A stretch of DNA of 61,235 nt from Ancylonema sp. (GCA_050230475.1 JBFLGF010000202.1:1-61235), one strand, 5' to 3'; positions 32,646 through 52,900 are shown, numbered from the stretch's first letter. A program made the numbers and translations. The notes: generated from the letters alone by a model not told the origin.

Positions 32646-33710
32646 TAGTATGCAGCCCCGTTTCACATGGGGTTGGGGGCTGGGGGTTGGAAGCAACCCA
32701 CTAACGCTTTTTCAACCCTTCCCCGACCCCCAACCCGGGTTGGGCGCTGGACCCAGGTTGGCCCCCCCCCACCGGTTTGGGGCGATTGGAAGGGGTTTGG
32801 AATTATGTAAAATAGTGAAGATATTCCTCCTCTCAAGATAAAATCGAGCACCCAAATGAAGTACGCCAACTTATGTTCACACGTAAAAACATGTCACGCG
32901 TGTCACAAATGAGATACAATTATTAAGGCCCGATGAAAATCATCAACTCATTTTCGCGCGTGCCGAACTCCACTCAGTCTACAACCAGCCTGGGTTACAC
33001 CATCCAACCCGCGCTGGACATCCCCAATTCAAGTCATGATTCCCCCCAACCGGGGTTGGCCGTGTTTTGTTTTGTCGACCCGGGTTGCCCCCCACCAGCC
33101 CGGAGTGCCCTCCCCCAACCCGAGTTGCCCCCCCACAACCCGGGTTTCATGCCCTTTTTGACATGGTCGGGGTCGGGGGTTGGGGTTTGAATGTATTCCG
33201 GGTTGGGGGTTGCTAGGGTTGTGCAACCCGCCCATCCGCTTACCCGCAGCTGAAGGGGCCCACCCGCGGGGGGACGGGTGGGAATCGGGTGGGTATGGGT
33301 ACAACAGATGGTCGTCTCACATCGGTAGTCTTACAAATATTTGTTATATACACACATTCGCATTTTTGTTTCCCATAATGTGATCGTCAGTTTCGTCATT
33401 ATTCTATAATACACTAGCACAAATACGTAGTAGACCAAACATTACCGCTCCCAAAGGTGTGCTCACAGCGGACATTTGTTGACTACCGAGACGATTTAGC
33501 CACCCAATTCCCACCCTCCCAAGTGCGGGTGGGCCCTATCCAAGTTGCGGTCGGCAACACATAACCTGCGGATGATCCCCACCACCCGCGGGTGCATCCC
33601 CCCGATCGCGAGTGCTCCCCCGCCCATCCGCGGGTGGGGATGGGTCTGCGGGTGAAGGCCACTCCTCCATCCCCACCCAATTGGGACACAACCCTAGGGG
33701 TTGCACACTA
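32646..33710. mobile_element. Outer non-autonomous TIR element rich in CAACCCGGGTTG palindromes, interrupted by a nested MITE
   Basis: Ends TAGTATGCAGCCCC and GGGGTTGCACACTA form an inverted repeat with 2 mismatches. No clear target-site duplication. Confidence 0.55.
33214..33696. mobile_element. hAT-type MITE with perfect 8-bp target-site duplication
   Basis: TIR TAGGGTTGTG...CACAACCCTA, flanked by GGGGTTGC at 33206-33213 and 33697-33704. Subterminal CCACCCGCGGG motifs on both sides. Confidence 0.85.
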
Positions 33711-34539
33711 CGTTGCTACACACGTGCAAGGTGATACGTGCAAGTGTAAGCTAATATGGCCAACAACATATTGAGTGTCAACTATCTATGCAACAACATT
33801 TCATATTGCAAGAGCGTGATTTCCTATTCCCACTCCCTCAAATCGAATGCATGTGGTTTATTTGACAATCATTTTACTCCGATGCGGTGATGTTGACATC
33901 TGCACCCTATGTGACCTTTTATGAACTACAAACCTATGTTTTGAGGGGTCCTTACGAGTGAGTGAGCCAAACTCTTAAAAATGGATGAATTTTCATTTCA
34001 TTCATAAGAGTAGCTGGTATGTGTACACCGATTGTGATTTCCATACCTAGTTTATCCAAATACAATGTTGATACAACGAACCCAACGAGGGCGACCAAAA
34101 TATAATAAAGAATATTCGTTTTTTTCCCTCCACTTTTACAGACCACCAACACTTTTATATCACTAACTCTACCGAAAGACATCTAGAAAATGGTAGTTTT
34201 TTCCCCTAAATAAGAGTATAGTGGTACTGAGTTCCTAGAGTGGAAGTTGTCAAAGCCACAAGCTCCTCATGCCATCTAATTGCAGACGGCCGTATCACTT
34301 GCCTATTTGACCACAACTACTCTCACTCTACCTCCATGCCATATGATCAGTCTTGGCTTAAATTGCTAAATTTTATATAAAAGTTATATAACCTGAATCC
34401 GTTCCATGTAACATATTTTTTTACCTACAAGCCACATATACCATAAAAATATTACGTTCTCCATATGTTACAAATAAAATACCGCTATGCTAGCAAAGGT
34501 CACAAAATGTGACACGGTATTTTGAATCCTAGCTCCCTT

Positions 34540-35930
34540 TCACACCAGAGACTCTGTGTTTGGGCTCCCCTTGCGCACACCATCCTCCTCACGTGTTAAA
34601 ATTTGGTTCATCTGTTGTGGTCCGCGCGGATGCGTGGATGGGTCGGAATCAATACCATCCACCTGTGCATCTCCCTTGGCTTGTGACATCATATGCTCCC
34701 ATCGTCCGAAAAAGAGATAAACGAAGGCGAAGAAAGCGACCACACCGGTGAACCAATTTTGGAGGTACTGCCACGTCATCAAAAGGGGACGAAGCAGACA
34801 GAATGAGTACTTCGAAGGCGAAAAGTCTAGAACATAGCACGAATTCTGTACCAAATTCTGTGAATTCTGGACAAATTTTTTTTTTGTTGAGAGTCTAAAA
34901 AGTTTGACACTGATCTGAGGTGAGATATAGTCGAGAAGGGTGAGAAAAGGTGCAGGCAGTGTCAGAGGGACAGGTGTAAATGACAGGGCATGACCTACCA
35001 CATCTGTCCTTCCTACATGTACCACCTCTCCCTGAATACGTCATGGCGACACATGGATGTGATGATTGACACGTAAGATGTCCCAAAAATGGATACTGTT
35101 GATGGAATCCTTTCACGGATGAAGTGCACCGCTAGACTCAGCAGAGGAGGGACCGGTGGCTTACAAGAGTGTCCGTACTCCAGTTTTCACTGAAGAGGGC
35201 CAGCCCCGTGTAAATCTGGTACCATCCCAAAATGACCGCGAAAGTTCCAAACATCCAGTGGAAAAAGTACCAAATCGGACGGTACAGGTTGCCCTTATGA
35301 GGGCGGAGGACAGCAATGATGGGTTGGAGGAGTATGAGAATGAAGACAGCAACGCCGAGCTTGGTATGGAGCGAGTCTGAGAGAGCATCGAAGTAATGGG
35401 TGGCAATCGCAAAGGCAGGAATCACCAAAAGGACACCGGTGATCTGGACACGTGATAAGCGAAGAACGTGTTAGGCAGTTAGAGACTGTTTGTTGCGGGG
35501 ATGGAAGTGGAAGAGAGGAGGAGGATCGGATATTGCGGGGTTGGCGGAACGAGTCTGTACCTGGAAGATCCAGTGGAGGTGGAACCAGAATCGTGTGAAG
35601 CTTTGGGCGAAGCGAGAGATGATGATGCCGGTAGGCAGGAAGAAACCGAAGGCGAGGAACATGAGGATACCATGAGCCTGCAAACAAGGAGGAAAGAGGA
35701 TAAGCGAGATTACTTTTGGAGGAAACGTTGCCGCACTTTGCACGGGGTTGAAAAAGGTCATCGTTTTGATCAAAAACTTAAAAAATTACCTCATAAAGTC
35801 CGATACTTGGTCGACTGCCAGACGCGGACGGGGCTGGAGCTGGCGCTTGAGCAAGCGTGAAGGTCAGCTGAGAGATGGTGCAGAGGGCAATGATATAAAA
35901 CCGAGTGGACACCTGATCGGCGGACGCCAT
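34540..35930 (-). CDS. Cytochrome b561-domain membrane protein without DOMON, ~254 aa, 4 exons
   Basis: Exons 35790-35930, 35561-35677, 35165-35443, 34540-34767, all phase 0. Four candidate heme-ligand His: AHGILM, WFHLHW, LHTKLG, WYFFHW; also LQP...LRP and five TM segments. The start exon is less certain. Confidence 0.87.
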
Positions 35931-36081
35931 TGTAAATCACTGGTCCTCGAGGTGTAAAGAGGAGAGAACTTGGTGATATTTGGGTGTAGAAACTTGGTGA
36001 TTAAGAGGTCAAGTTAAGAGGAGACGAACGTGGGTGCAGAGCAGATGGATCGAGGCGGATCAGTGGACGATTGGAATGTGT

Positions 36082-36271
36082 GATCGCGAATTGGTTGTGT
36101 AATCGCGAATTGGTTGTGCAATCGCGAATTGGTTGTGTAATCGCGAATTGGTTGTGCAATCGCGAATTGGTTGTGCAATCGCGAATTGGTTGTGCAATCG
36201 CGAATTGGTTGTGCAATCGCGAATTGGTTGTGTAATCGCGAATTGGTTGTGTAATCGCGAATTGGTTGTGT
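36082..36271. repeat. 19-bp minisatellite AATCGCGAATTGGTTGTG(C/T) x10
   Basis: Head-to-tail copies with no spacers; variation is essentially limited to one C/T position. Confidence 0.95.
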
Positions 36272-37907
36272 TAATAGGAGACGGAAGTGGGTGCAGGGCA
36301 GATGAACGTGAAAGTTGTTGCCTGAGAAATTTCCTGGAGCATTCCACAGAGAGCAGTAGTACGTCGTGTATTGTTTGTCCTCTTCGTTTGGTGCATGGCC
36401 AGGCGGCGTCTATCCAGATAATCCGTGGCTGATATGGCAGCCGTCTGCCAGGCTGGCACTGCTCTGTGGGCTTTGGAAGCGTGGACAACACACGTCCATA
36501 GCCTCAGGTACCAGATGACCCCTGGAGATGGTACCGAACCCGGGAATTGTTTGTTTTGACTACAAAGTACTATCTGAAACGTGCTAGGAACGTGGAACGA
36601 GGACCGTGGAACGTGTCGATCATTTGAGGGATGCTCCAGTCAACCAGCTCCGTTTGACCGTGCTGGATCTGCATGAATGGCTGGTTATGTCGAAACCGCA
36701 TCGAGAGTTCTTGGATATGTTTTATCGGCAAGCACTTCGAGTATCACTTCGACACGCGACAAAAATGAAGCAGAGGGTACCACGACGACAGCAACAAGGA
36801 TCACATTTGTGAAACGAGTATCACTTTGTATGTACGATCGGCTCACATATTTGTCGTTTTTAAGGATATGTAGTTTCTATACAAGCACGTTCTTGTAATG
36901 AGATGGGGTTCCCGTCGTTTTTCAATAATATATAATTCCCGCTCTTTGTGATACCCAGACCACAGTTGTGATACGGCGCTCAGAGCGTGTCACTTCGTGA
37001 AATCTAAAACGCCATGATGTGATACGCCGTAAAACTTAAGTGATACTCAAAATCAGGCGCAATTCAAGTGATACTCCGAAGTGCTTGCCGATAAAACACT
37101 CATACGGAATCCACATTTTCATAAATCTTGACCGACCGTGCAATCAAAATTCCTACTGAGAAATGCGGAGAACAGTCAAACCTTGAGAAATGCGGAGAAT
37201 AGTCAAACCTCAACACTGTCATAATTTCTTCTAAGAAATTCTTCGCACCTTCGCGCCAACGATCCAGATCGACACTCATAATCCCCTCGTCATAAATGAC
37301 GAGGGGAAGGGGGAAATGCGAAATACAAAACACAACACACGGCACACAAAATATGCAACTTCGACCAAGTAATCTGTGATATGCACAAGATGTAAATCAC
37401 CCAATGTGGCAAACATAGCGCGATACGAGTTTATCTAGATGTGACGAGGTACATGATACATCATGGATGCAAATTGGGTGACCTTTCTTCCTTTCTACAT
37501 CATACATTGAAAATCGTGGGGGGAATTTTTCGCATCATTTAAGTAGCATGCATACATCGTGCAACGATTTCACCAAAATTGACAAGAACTAAACCAAAAG
37601 GGTTGGTGATAATGCTTGTCATGCATTTTGTTGAGACTCAATTGAATGGAGTACATACGCTTTCCTTGAATGATGATCATGGCTTGGATTTTTTTGCAGT
37701 CAAAACGCTTTACAAATGCATTTATTGGCATCTATTGCTACTATTGGTCCATTTATGATCGTGTGCATGTATGGTAGTTGCGCCGCCGGTTGCAATCAAG
37801 ATCCGGTGTAAGCGATAGTGGCGCAAGTGGTTTCACGATATGGCGGGTTGCTAATGTCGTAGAGAATTATAGGAATCTCGGCAGACCCGTAGTTGGCAAC
37901 ACGTGAC

Positions 37908-40195
37908 GTCGCACGCGCGTACAGTTGTTAGAGAGTTACAGTTGATGTACATTCGGATAATAGTCATGATTACGTGAAGGAGCATTCGTAGTTGCGTTTA
38001 TCCTACGCGCGCAGAATACTTGGACGAGTATTCGTACAAGCACTATACGACAAGTTAGTGAGACGACGTTTGGTTCTAGCAAAAGCTCGGGGGCTTGCAT
38101 TCACACTTTGTAACACTGTGACCCTTATCGTTTCAGAGTGTGCCTGTGGTATTCAACGATTTCCTTGCATTCACTGTGCAGTGTTATCGCGTTGTCTGCA
38201 TCCCGGCTTATACATGCATCGGATCTCTGATTACGATTCGTATGAGTTACGGATGTGGTAATTTGGCGATTGATAGAGCTTACAACATAATTCGGGGTGT
38301 ACACTTCGATTATAGTTTCGAACACGTACGTTTAGGAACTCTAGCAATACCTTGCCTTGGATAATCTTAGTCACAATCATTCCGCATCATGGTGGAGGAG
38401 ATGCGAACGAGTTATGGGCTTGCACTCGATGGTGAAGATGATGGGGAGAGATGCATTTCGTTAGACACATGGCATGGGTATGCATGTGTAGAGAGCATTA
38501 GTCCACACGTGCGGGTCTGCACGTGTAGTCACACGTGTGGGTAGACACGTGTCAATATGTTCGTTGGCGCGGCGACAATACACGTGTGGGAGTAGAAAAT
38601 GCTAGATGGCATGACGGTTGAATGAGTGGTATGATGTCGCCTCAATCATTTCTACTAAGAGGCACCATCACCGAACCTCTCATGTGAATCACATGATATT
38701 GACACATCCACGAACATGGTTTGAAAGCTACATGCATTCGTTTCCATGTAGAACGTCTCCCTTAAATAAAATATTTCCTTAGCATTGAGTAAAAATACAA
38801 GAGACAATTGTGGTAAAAAAGCAGGTTGAACCAACCAACACTTTGCTCATCTCTACTTCAAAAATGGCGATCTTTATTGTGAGAAAACTTCAAAATGCGC
38901 GTGGACTCATCACAAAGTTTGCCTCCTATGCATCGACTCCGGAGTAAGAAACCGTTTCACCACATATATTCGAAAAGGTAGGTAAACGACAGTAACAACA
39001 CAACACAAGACCATTTAGAGAATAGTTAAGCTAAATGTGCTTCCTACGAAACTAGGACCTGTGTGCGGTACTCTCCCAGTGCCCAGATTGGGAAAATGCA
39101 ACGATAGGCCGAGTATGATATCATGCAGTTGCGGTTGAACACCCCCATGATCTCCTGCACTCATCCGCACCGACTGTGTCAAGCGTTCATCTAGGATAGG
39201 CTTGTATACATGTGTGTGGTTTGCGCAGTATCCAAACATCACTCACGCGCCAATCGCCCAAGATTAAATCATAGACGCAAGCATAAGATGCGTCGTTCGA
39301 CACATCACAATCCGACCGACCAATCAACCAATCGACCAATCGTCCAACCGACCAACCTTTTTCCCACGAACCAAGTCATAGTACTCTAAGAGGGCACATG
39401 ATTTTTTTGCTTCAATAACGAAAAAAATGAAACCAAGTCCACAACAAAAATGAAGGGAAAAAAAAACCACGCTCCGCAAAGATTCCTCTTCACCAATACC
39501 TTGTCATACCCCATCCCCTCCCCCCCCTCTAACCTCTTGCGGGAAGTCTCCACTCTCCATTTGGGCGTTGATCAACACCCGGGCAGCACGATGCAAAGGC
39601 TCCGGATCCCGGAGGTGCTGCTCATTGCGAAACGAAACAAAGCGCAAGGGGTCAACCGTTGACTTCTCCATTTTCGACTCGACACACTCGCGTTATAGCT
39701 TCCCCCCAGTCCCCAGAGAAATCAAACACAAACCCCAAAAAAACCGGAGAGAAACCCCAAAAAAAACCCCCAAAAAACACTTGAAGAGTGTATCCGTGAA
39801 ATTTTCCATTCTTCCATTCTCTCCTGTGCAGCTCCCGACCCCCTCCCACCTGTGCAGCAGCCATTAGGGCAAGCATGGCCCACGAAGTGTTCACGATATG
39901 GCTGCGGCCGCCCTCCAGGTTGGTGTACACCTGGCAAGAAATCAGGACAGGTGTGAGTCCAATACACAGTCCCCCGCCACAACTGTGATGTGCTTATAGC
40001 ATGACTAGATATGTCCCTAGACGTTGCATGAAAACATGTGGCACAAGGCACGATGGGGAGGACCTCGTTACAATCACCTTATTTTGGCACGAAAGGTACG
40101 ACTCCCCCCACCCGCCACCTGGCAGCTGATTGGCCAGCAAGAAGGAGCACGCGGCCCGCAGATGTGCTGACGTGGCGTAGCTCTGCCCAGCCGCC
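37908..40195. repeat. 2.29-kb direct duplicate of 41006-43293, ending at the N gap (40196)
   Basis: Constant 3098-bp offset with identical ORF translations (e.g. 37992/41090, 39015/42113, 39652/42750). Confidence 0.95.
39044..40195 (-). pseudogene. Duplicated 3' fragment of cycloartenol synthase (last 3 exons plus part of a 4th); possibly an assembly or haplotype artefact
   Basis: Exons 40078-40195 (partial), 39850-39930, 39534-39617 and 39044-39154 match the full-length gene; truncated at N. Confidence 0.7.
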
Positions 40196-40341
40196 NACAC
40201 CCCCCCCTCCCCCCCGCCCCCCCCCCCCCCCCCCCTCTCCCCTCTGACCTCCCTCCCCTTCTTTCTTTCTCCTCTTCTCCCCTTGCTCCCACCTCCCTTC
40301 CTCCCACCTCCATCCCCCCCCCCGATCCCCTTCTTCCCCAA

Positions 40342-40485
40342 CAGGTTGCAAAGGAGTGCCATGATTACCTGCAGGTTGCAAAGGAGTGCCATGATTATTT
40401 GGACGTGTTTTCCGAAGCCCGAGCCAACACCCTCCCTCCACACCGCAAGTACGACCTCGAAATACCTCTGCAGCCCAACACAACC
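40342..40485 (+). mobile_element. Ty3/gypsy pol fragment (region just upstream of RT)
   Basis: DYLDVFSEARANTLPPHRKYDLEIPLQPNT matches the gypsy DVF....LPPHR.YD..I.L.P motif. It is preceded by a tandem duplication with 30-bp period (40342/40372). Confidence 0.7.
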
Positions 40486-42141
40486 ATGCACATGATTCCA
40501 TGTGCATACATCCATAAGAAAGAAGAGAACGCAATTCGCACGTGTGAATTGCATATTACAACGATGGTCGTTATTAACAAAGAAATCGCACATGAGAATA
40601 TGACACGATGCTAGATGGCACGACACTATCAAGAACCAATGCAAGCAGCGGCGGCGCAAGTGGTCTCACGATATAGCGGGTTGCTAATGTCGTAGAGAAT
40701 TACAAGAATCTCGGCGGACCCGTAGTTGGCGGTGCGTGACGTCATTGAAGAGTCCATCTTGATATGCAACTCTTAACGCAAATACTGTTTCAGTGCCCAT
40801 GCAGTGTCCATGCACACATTAATCAGATAGGTGCGCGATAGATTGCAACTTGATCAATTACCGCTCCAAGCGAACTTAAATGCATACGGCCGCAATTCAC
40901 ATGACCAATCAAAATGCGCCATTTTGCCATGCGTCCGGACTGCCGTTTCTACCGGATGAATAATGTCGGACTAGGAACTTAGGCAAATAGACTCCTTTTC
41001 CTACAGTCGCACGCGCGTACAGTTGTTAGAGAGTTACAGTTGATGTACATTCGGATAATAGTCATGATTACGTGAAGGAGCATTCGTAGTTGCGTTTATC
41101 CTACGCGCGCAGAATACTTGGACGAGTATTCGTACAAGCACTATACGACAAGTTAGTGAGACGACGTTTGGTTCTAGCAAAAGCTCGGGGGCTTGCATTC
41201 ACACTTTGTAACACTGTGACCCTTATCGTTTCAGAGTGTGCCTGTGGTATTCAACGATTTCCTTGCATTCACTGTGCAGTGTTATCGCGTTGTCTGCATC
41301 CCGGCTTATACATGCATCGGATCTCTGATTACGATTCGTATGAGTTACGGATGTGGTAATTTGGCGATTGATAGAGCTTACAACATAATTCGGGGTGTAC
41401 ACTTCGATTATAGTTTCGAACACGTACGTTTAGGAACTCTAGCAATACCTTGCCTTGGATAATCTTAGTCACAATCATTCCGCATCATGGTGGAGGAGAT
41501 GCGAACGAGTTATGGGCTTGCACTCGATGGTGAAGATGATGGGGAGAGATGCATTTCGTTAGACACATGGCATGGGTATGCATGTGTAGAGAGCATTAGT
41601 CCACACGTGCGGGTCTGCACGTGTAGTCACACGTGTGGGTAGACACGTGTCAATATGTTCGTTGGCGCGGCGACAATACACGTGTGGGAGTAGAAAATGC
41701 TAGATGGCATGACGGTTGAATGAGTGGTATGATGTCGCCTCAATCATTTCTACTAAGAGGCACCATCACCGAACCTCTCATGTGAATCACATGATATTGA
41801 CACATCCACGAACATGGTTTGAAAGCTACATGCATTCGTTTCCATGTAGAACGTCTCCCTTAAATAAAATATTTCCTTAGCATTGAGTAAAAATACAAGA
41901 GACAATTGTGGTAAAAAAGCAGGTTGAACCAACCAACACTTTGCTCATCTCTACTTCAAAAATGGCGATCTTTATTGTGAGAAAACTTCAAAATGCGCGT
42001 GGACTCATCACAAAGTTTGCCTCCTATGCATCGACTCCGGAGTAAGAAACCGTTTCACCACATATATTCGAAAAGGTAGGTAAACGACAGTAACAACACA
42101 ACACAAGACCATTTAGAGAATAGTTAAGCTAAATGTGCTTC

Positions 42142-48479
<6,338 letters not shown>

Positions 48480-49997
48480 CGTCGCTGTCTACAGCTACAG
48501 CTTCTGACAATGTCGTTTATTGTTATTCATCTGACGCTGATTGCATGCGATTCTAATGATAGCATGGCTGGTCGGGCGTACGACATGGATTGACACGTGG
48601 AGTATATCGTTTCACCAGACGGAGGGAAACGCAGAGGCAGGAAATGATACATTCAATTGCGCCTTCGTCGTCTCCGACACGTGGCAGGTCAGTCAACAGT
48701 TCGGGGACGCAACTTATTGTGCGCGCGAGCGAATGAGCGGAGTCTGCAGTTGCAAATTGTTGGTTTCTCTCGTCGAATCCAACAACACCATCCGAATCAT
48801 AGCGATGGAAAAGTTTAACAATCCTCAAGACAACAAAGGCTAATTTTCATGTTGAACGCAAACGCAATGAAAAGTATGTACGATGTAGAATGTCAATCAC
48901 ACAAAAAGTTGCACTTGGATCGTGCATGTACGGTGGTGGTGCATAGAGAATAGAAGGCACATTTCAAAAGCATGAATAAAATTGATACAATGAAGCAATT
49001 GGTATCTATCACCTATTCCGCCAAAAAAAAATTGTTGTACAATAAATGTCACCATATGATTAGCATGTATATACGAGCGATACACACAATTTGGCGGTGT
49101 CGTTTGCGAGTCACATGTGTCTCCATGTCATAGCAATATTTGCTTCAACGGCTCATACAACACAAGTACCAAATGTTAATATGTCCGGCGTCTGATGCAA
49201 TGTATGTACTCTAGTTGCCTCAATAAGGAAACCCTCTCATCATTGCGAGAATGTACGTGGTCTGTCACAATAATATCTGTTTTGAGTTGTCGAATGAAGT
49301 AAGTTGATTTTTTTAATCAGTGGCATGACATCTTGTGGTACTGCCTATTGACCTCCTCACTTTATATGGTCGAATATTAGGCTTGTATTAGACTCTGTTG
49401 CTGGTTCACATATCTTCTAGTGGGCACTTTCAGGGTCCTACGCCGCTAGTATCGTTCGTCACATAAGCATTAGAAAGTCATCGGACTTTCAAAAATGTTT
49501 CAAAATAAGAAGAATACAAACCAAAAAAAGTATATGGTTATTGTTGTCCCATACAACAAATTTCTATGTGAGATATGTACTAGCCTGTTTTGTGGTGGGC
49601 ACGATGATGCCCCTGATCCAACAAAACTTGGTTGTAGTCACCTCGCATAAATAAAACATTACACATCCTTTTCATGTGAGGAAAAGTGTATACCTACAAA
49701 CGCAACGAAGTCTGAAATGTCCGCCACTCCGTCAGATACAAATCAGAAAAAATAACCAGCTCCCAAAAGGTAAAGAATAGTGTGGGAACTGAAAGTGTGC
49801 AACTTAAATGGAATCAAATCCGTCGCCTTCAAATGTGCCAAAAAATCTCCACTCACAATCAACTAAAATTACACCGCAAAAAATAAATTAATTTTTGTAT
49901 TTGGAGATGTTTCTCAGCCACCCAAATACTACGAAGAGACCAAAAAAAATCCCCAAACCCACCCGTTTTCGTCGCAAAAAATCTTGCGACTTGCTCC

Positions 49998-52900
49998 CTA
50001 AACAGGTGCTGGCAAGCACGTCCCGTGCTCCCGTTGCCCTCCAATGTTCAGGTTGAACGAAGTATCCGTTTAGTAATGATTCCACGCCATGTGTACCTCA
50101 ACAGCTATCGTATTCACTCCGTTCTGTATCCATCCGCCTGATAGGTTGGTAGTGTTGTACACCCTGTAGCCCCAATTTGTGGCATAGGTGGTCGGGAGGA
50201 TAGGGCCATCTGGCATGTTGTTGCGGAAGGCCTCGCAACCGTTGATGTAGACAACCTGGAGGGAGGTGGGGTGGGGGGGAGGGGGAGGGTAGAGGGGGGT
50301 GGTATAAGAGGTGGGGATTTTTGGTTTCCTTACAACATATTCGAACAAGAGAGGCATGGGGACAAAACAGTAAAAAACGACGGTGCTAGATAACCAACCG
50401 AAAGTATTCACCGCAGATCGATAATTGATAATATTTTGTATTCGGAACCTTCACAAATGTAAGTTTTTGAAGGTATAAATTATTTCCCAATGTCGTTCCT
50501 ATATTAAGTGGTGAGAGGAGATGCCTTACCGCCCCATCTTCTGCTAAAAGGTCGAAATTGAGGCTGTAATAACAGGCCCCATCCGGAACATTGAGTTGCC
50601 TGCGGTAGTAAAAAGAGGCGTTGTTGCTCCCAGTGTACACTAAGGGAGTGGCTATGCCGTAGTAACCACTCGAACCAATCACTCCGGGACCTGGAGGAGA
50701 AAAAAGGGGAAGAGAGTATATCTTAGCATTTGTATTACTCTTTAAGGATCGCATTTGTTAAATCCAGGCCCGGGTGAGTATACCCAATACAAGGTATTCG
50801 AAACCTCATTCCTGCATACCTGATTTCCACCCCGTGGGTACAAACGAGGGCTGCATCCAATTGGGGGGAGGGAGAGGCAAGCTCGAGTCGCTGAACTGCC
50901 AAATGCCGAACTGGCAGAATGTAACAAAGTGGGAGGACATGTGTCAGGCGAAATGAAAAGATCCAAAAATGGCTACCCCCCTCCATCGTGCACCAGAATT
51001 TACACACGAGCTTCAAACATTACAGGTCACATTAGTGGAATTTTTTATAGCATGACGTTTGTATTTCTGGAAGGAAAAAAAAACCAATTTTTCAAAACAA
51101 TTTTTTACGTACCGTGATCAGCGGCAGTGGGCTGTGCGAGGTGTAGATGCACGTTGAAGGTGCCGAGGGCAGGCTGCTGCACGGTTGCACTACGTTTCGG
51201 GTCAAAGCAAGGTCGAACTGGGAGGTACTGTCGTATTTGTACGCCACGTGGACCTCAGCTGTGATCCAATTCACACCACTCTGCACCAGTAGGGGGGGGG
51301 AGGGGTGGAAGAGGCCAAAACAGGGGTAAGAGACAGGACTCCCAACCCTCTTTCTTCTCCCAAATTCCCCATGCCTGCCTCTTGTGGGTAGACCCGGTTA
51401 TCCGGCTGCCCCGTTACCTTGAGGGGAGCGGCTGTATTTCTGCCGCAGGAGGTGCACGGGTAGTACAAGTAGTTCAAGTTGTAGTTGCCACTGCTTTGAG
51501 TGACGGTGGCTGCTGCTGTGTTCCAAGAGATGGGGCCAGCTGGCATGTTGTCGCGCCATATCTCCGCCCCGTTGAGGTACACCACCACACCGTCTGACCG
51601 CCGAATGTTCATGTCTGGTGGAAGGAGGGGGGTAGATGTGAGTGGGAAATCACATACATCAGCACATTCCGATGTACAAACATACACACATTTAAGATAG
51701 ATATATATATATATATATATATATTCCTGCATACCTGATTTCCACCCCGTGGGTACAAACGAGGGCTGCATCCAATTGGGGGGAGGGAGAGGCAAGCTCG
51801 AGTCGCTGAACTGCCAAATGCCGAACTGGCAGAATGTAACAAAGTGGGAGGACATGTGTCAGGCGAAATGAAAAGATCCAAAAATGGCTACCCCCCTCCA
51901 TCGTGCACCAGAATTTACACACGAGCTTCAAACATTGCAGGTCACATTAGTGGAATTTTTTATAGCATGACGTTTGTATTTCTGGAAGGAAAAAAAAACC
52001 AATTTTTCAAAACAATTTTTTACGTACCGTGATCAGCGGCAGTGGGCTGTGCGAGGTGTAGATGCACGTTGATGCTCCCGTTGCCCTCCAATGTTCAGGT
52101 TGAACGAAGTATCCGTTTAGTAATGATTCCACGCCATGTGTACCTCAACAGCTATCGTATTCACTCCGTTCTGTATCCATCCGCCTGATAGGTTGGTAGT
52201 GTTGTACACCCTGTAGCCCCAATTTGTGGCATAGGTGGTCGGGAGGATAGGGCCATCTGGCATGTTGTTGCGGAAGGCCTCGCAACCGTTGATGTAGACA
52301 ACCTGGAGGGAGGTGGGGTGGGGGGGAGGGGGAGGGTAGAGGGGGGTGGTATAAGAGGTGGGGATTTTTGGTTTCCTTACAACATATTCGAACAAGAGAG
52401 GCATGGGGACAAAACAGTAAAAAACGACGGTGCTAGATAACCAACCGAAAGTATTCACCGCAGATCGATAATTGATAATATTTTGTATTCGGAACCTTCA
52501 CAAATGTAAGTTTTTGAAGGTATAAATTATTTCCCAATGTCGTTCCTATATTAAGTGGTGAGAGGAGATGCCTTACCGCCCCATCTTCTGCTAAAAGGTC
52601 GAAATTGAGGCTGTAATAACAGGCCCCATCCGGAACATTGAGTTGCCTGCGGTAGTAAAAAGAGGCGTTGTTGCTCCCAGTGTACACTAAGGGAGTGGCT
52701 ATGCCGTAGTAACCACTCGAACCAATCACTCCGGGACCTGGAGGAGAAAAAAGGGGAAGAGAGTATATCTTAGCATTTGTATTACTCTTTAAGGATCGCA
52801 TTTGTTAAATCCAGGCCCGGGTGAGTATACCCAATACAAGGTATTCGAAACCTCANATCGTGGATGGGTGTGGGCGATTGGAGTCCGTCTCTCATCTCCA

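Noticed and set aside
36082..36271. CRISPR-like array
   Set aside because: Units are head-to-tail with no unique spacers, there are no cas genes, and the context is eukaryotic.
50070..50072. Programmed stop-codon readthrough in the G8 gene
   Set aside because: TAA-A is a poor readthrough context, and two further frameshifts favour decay or error.
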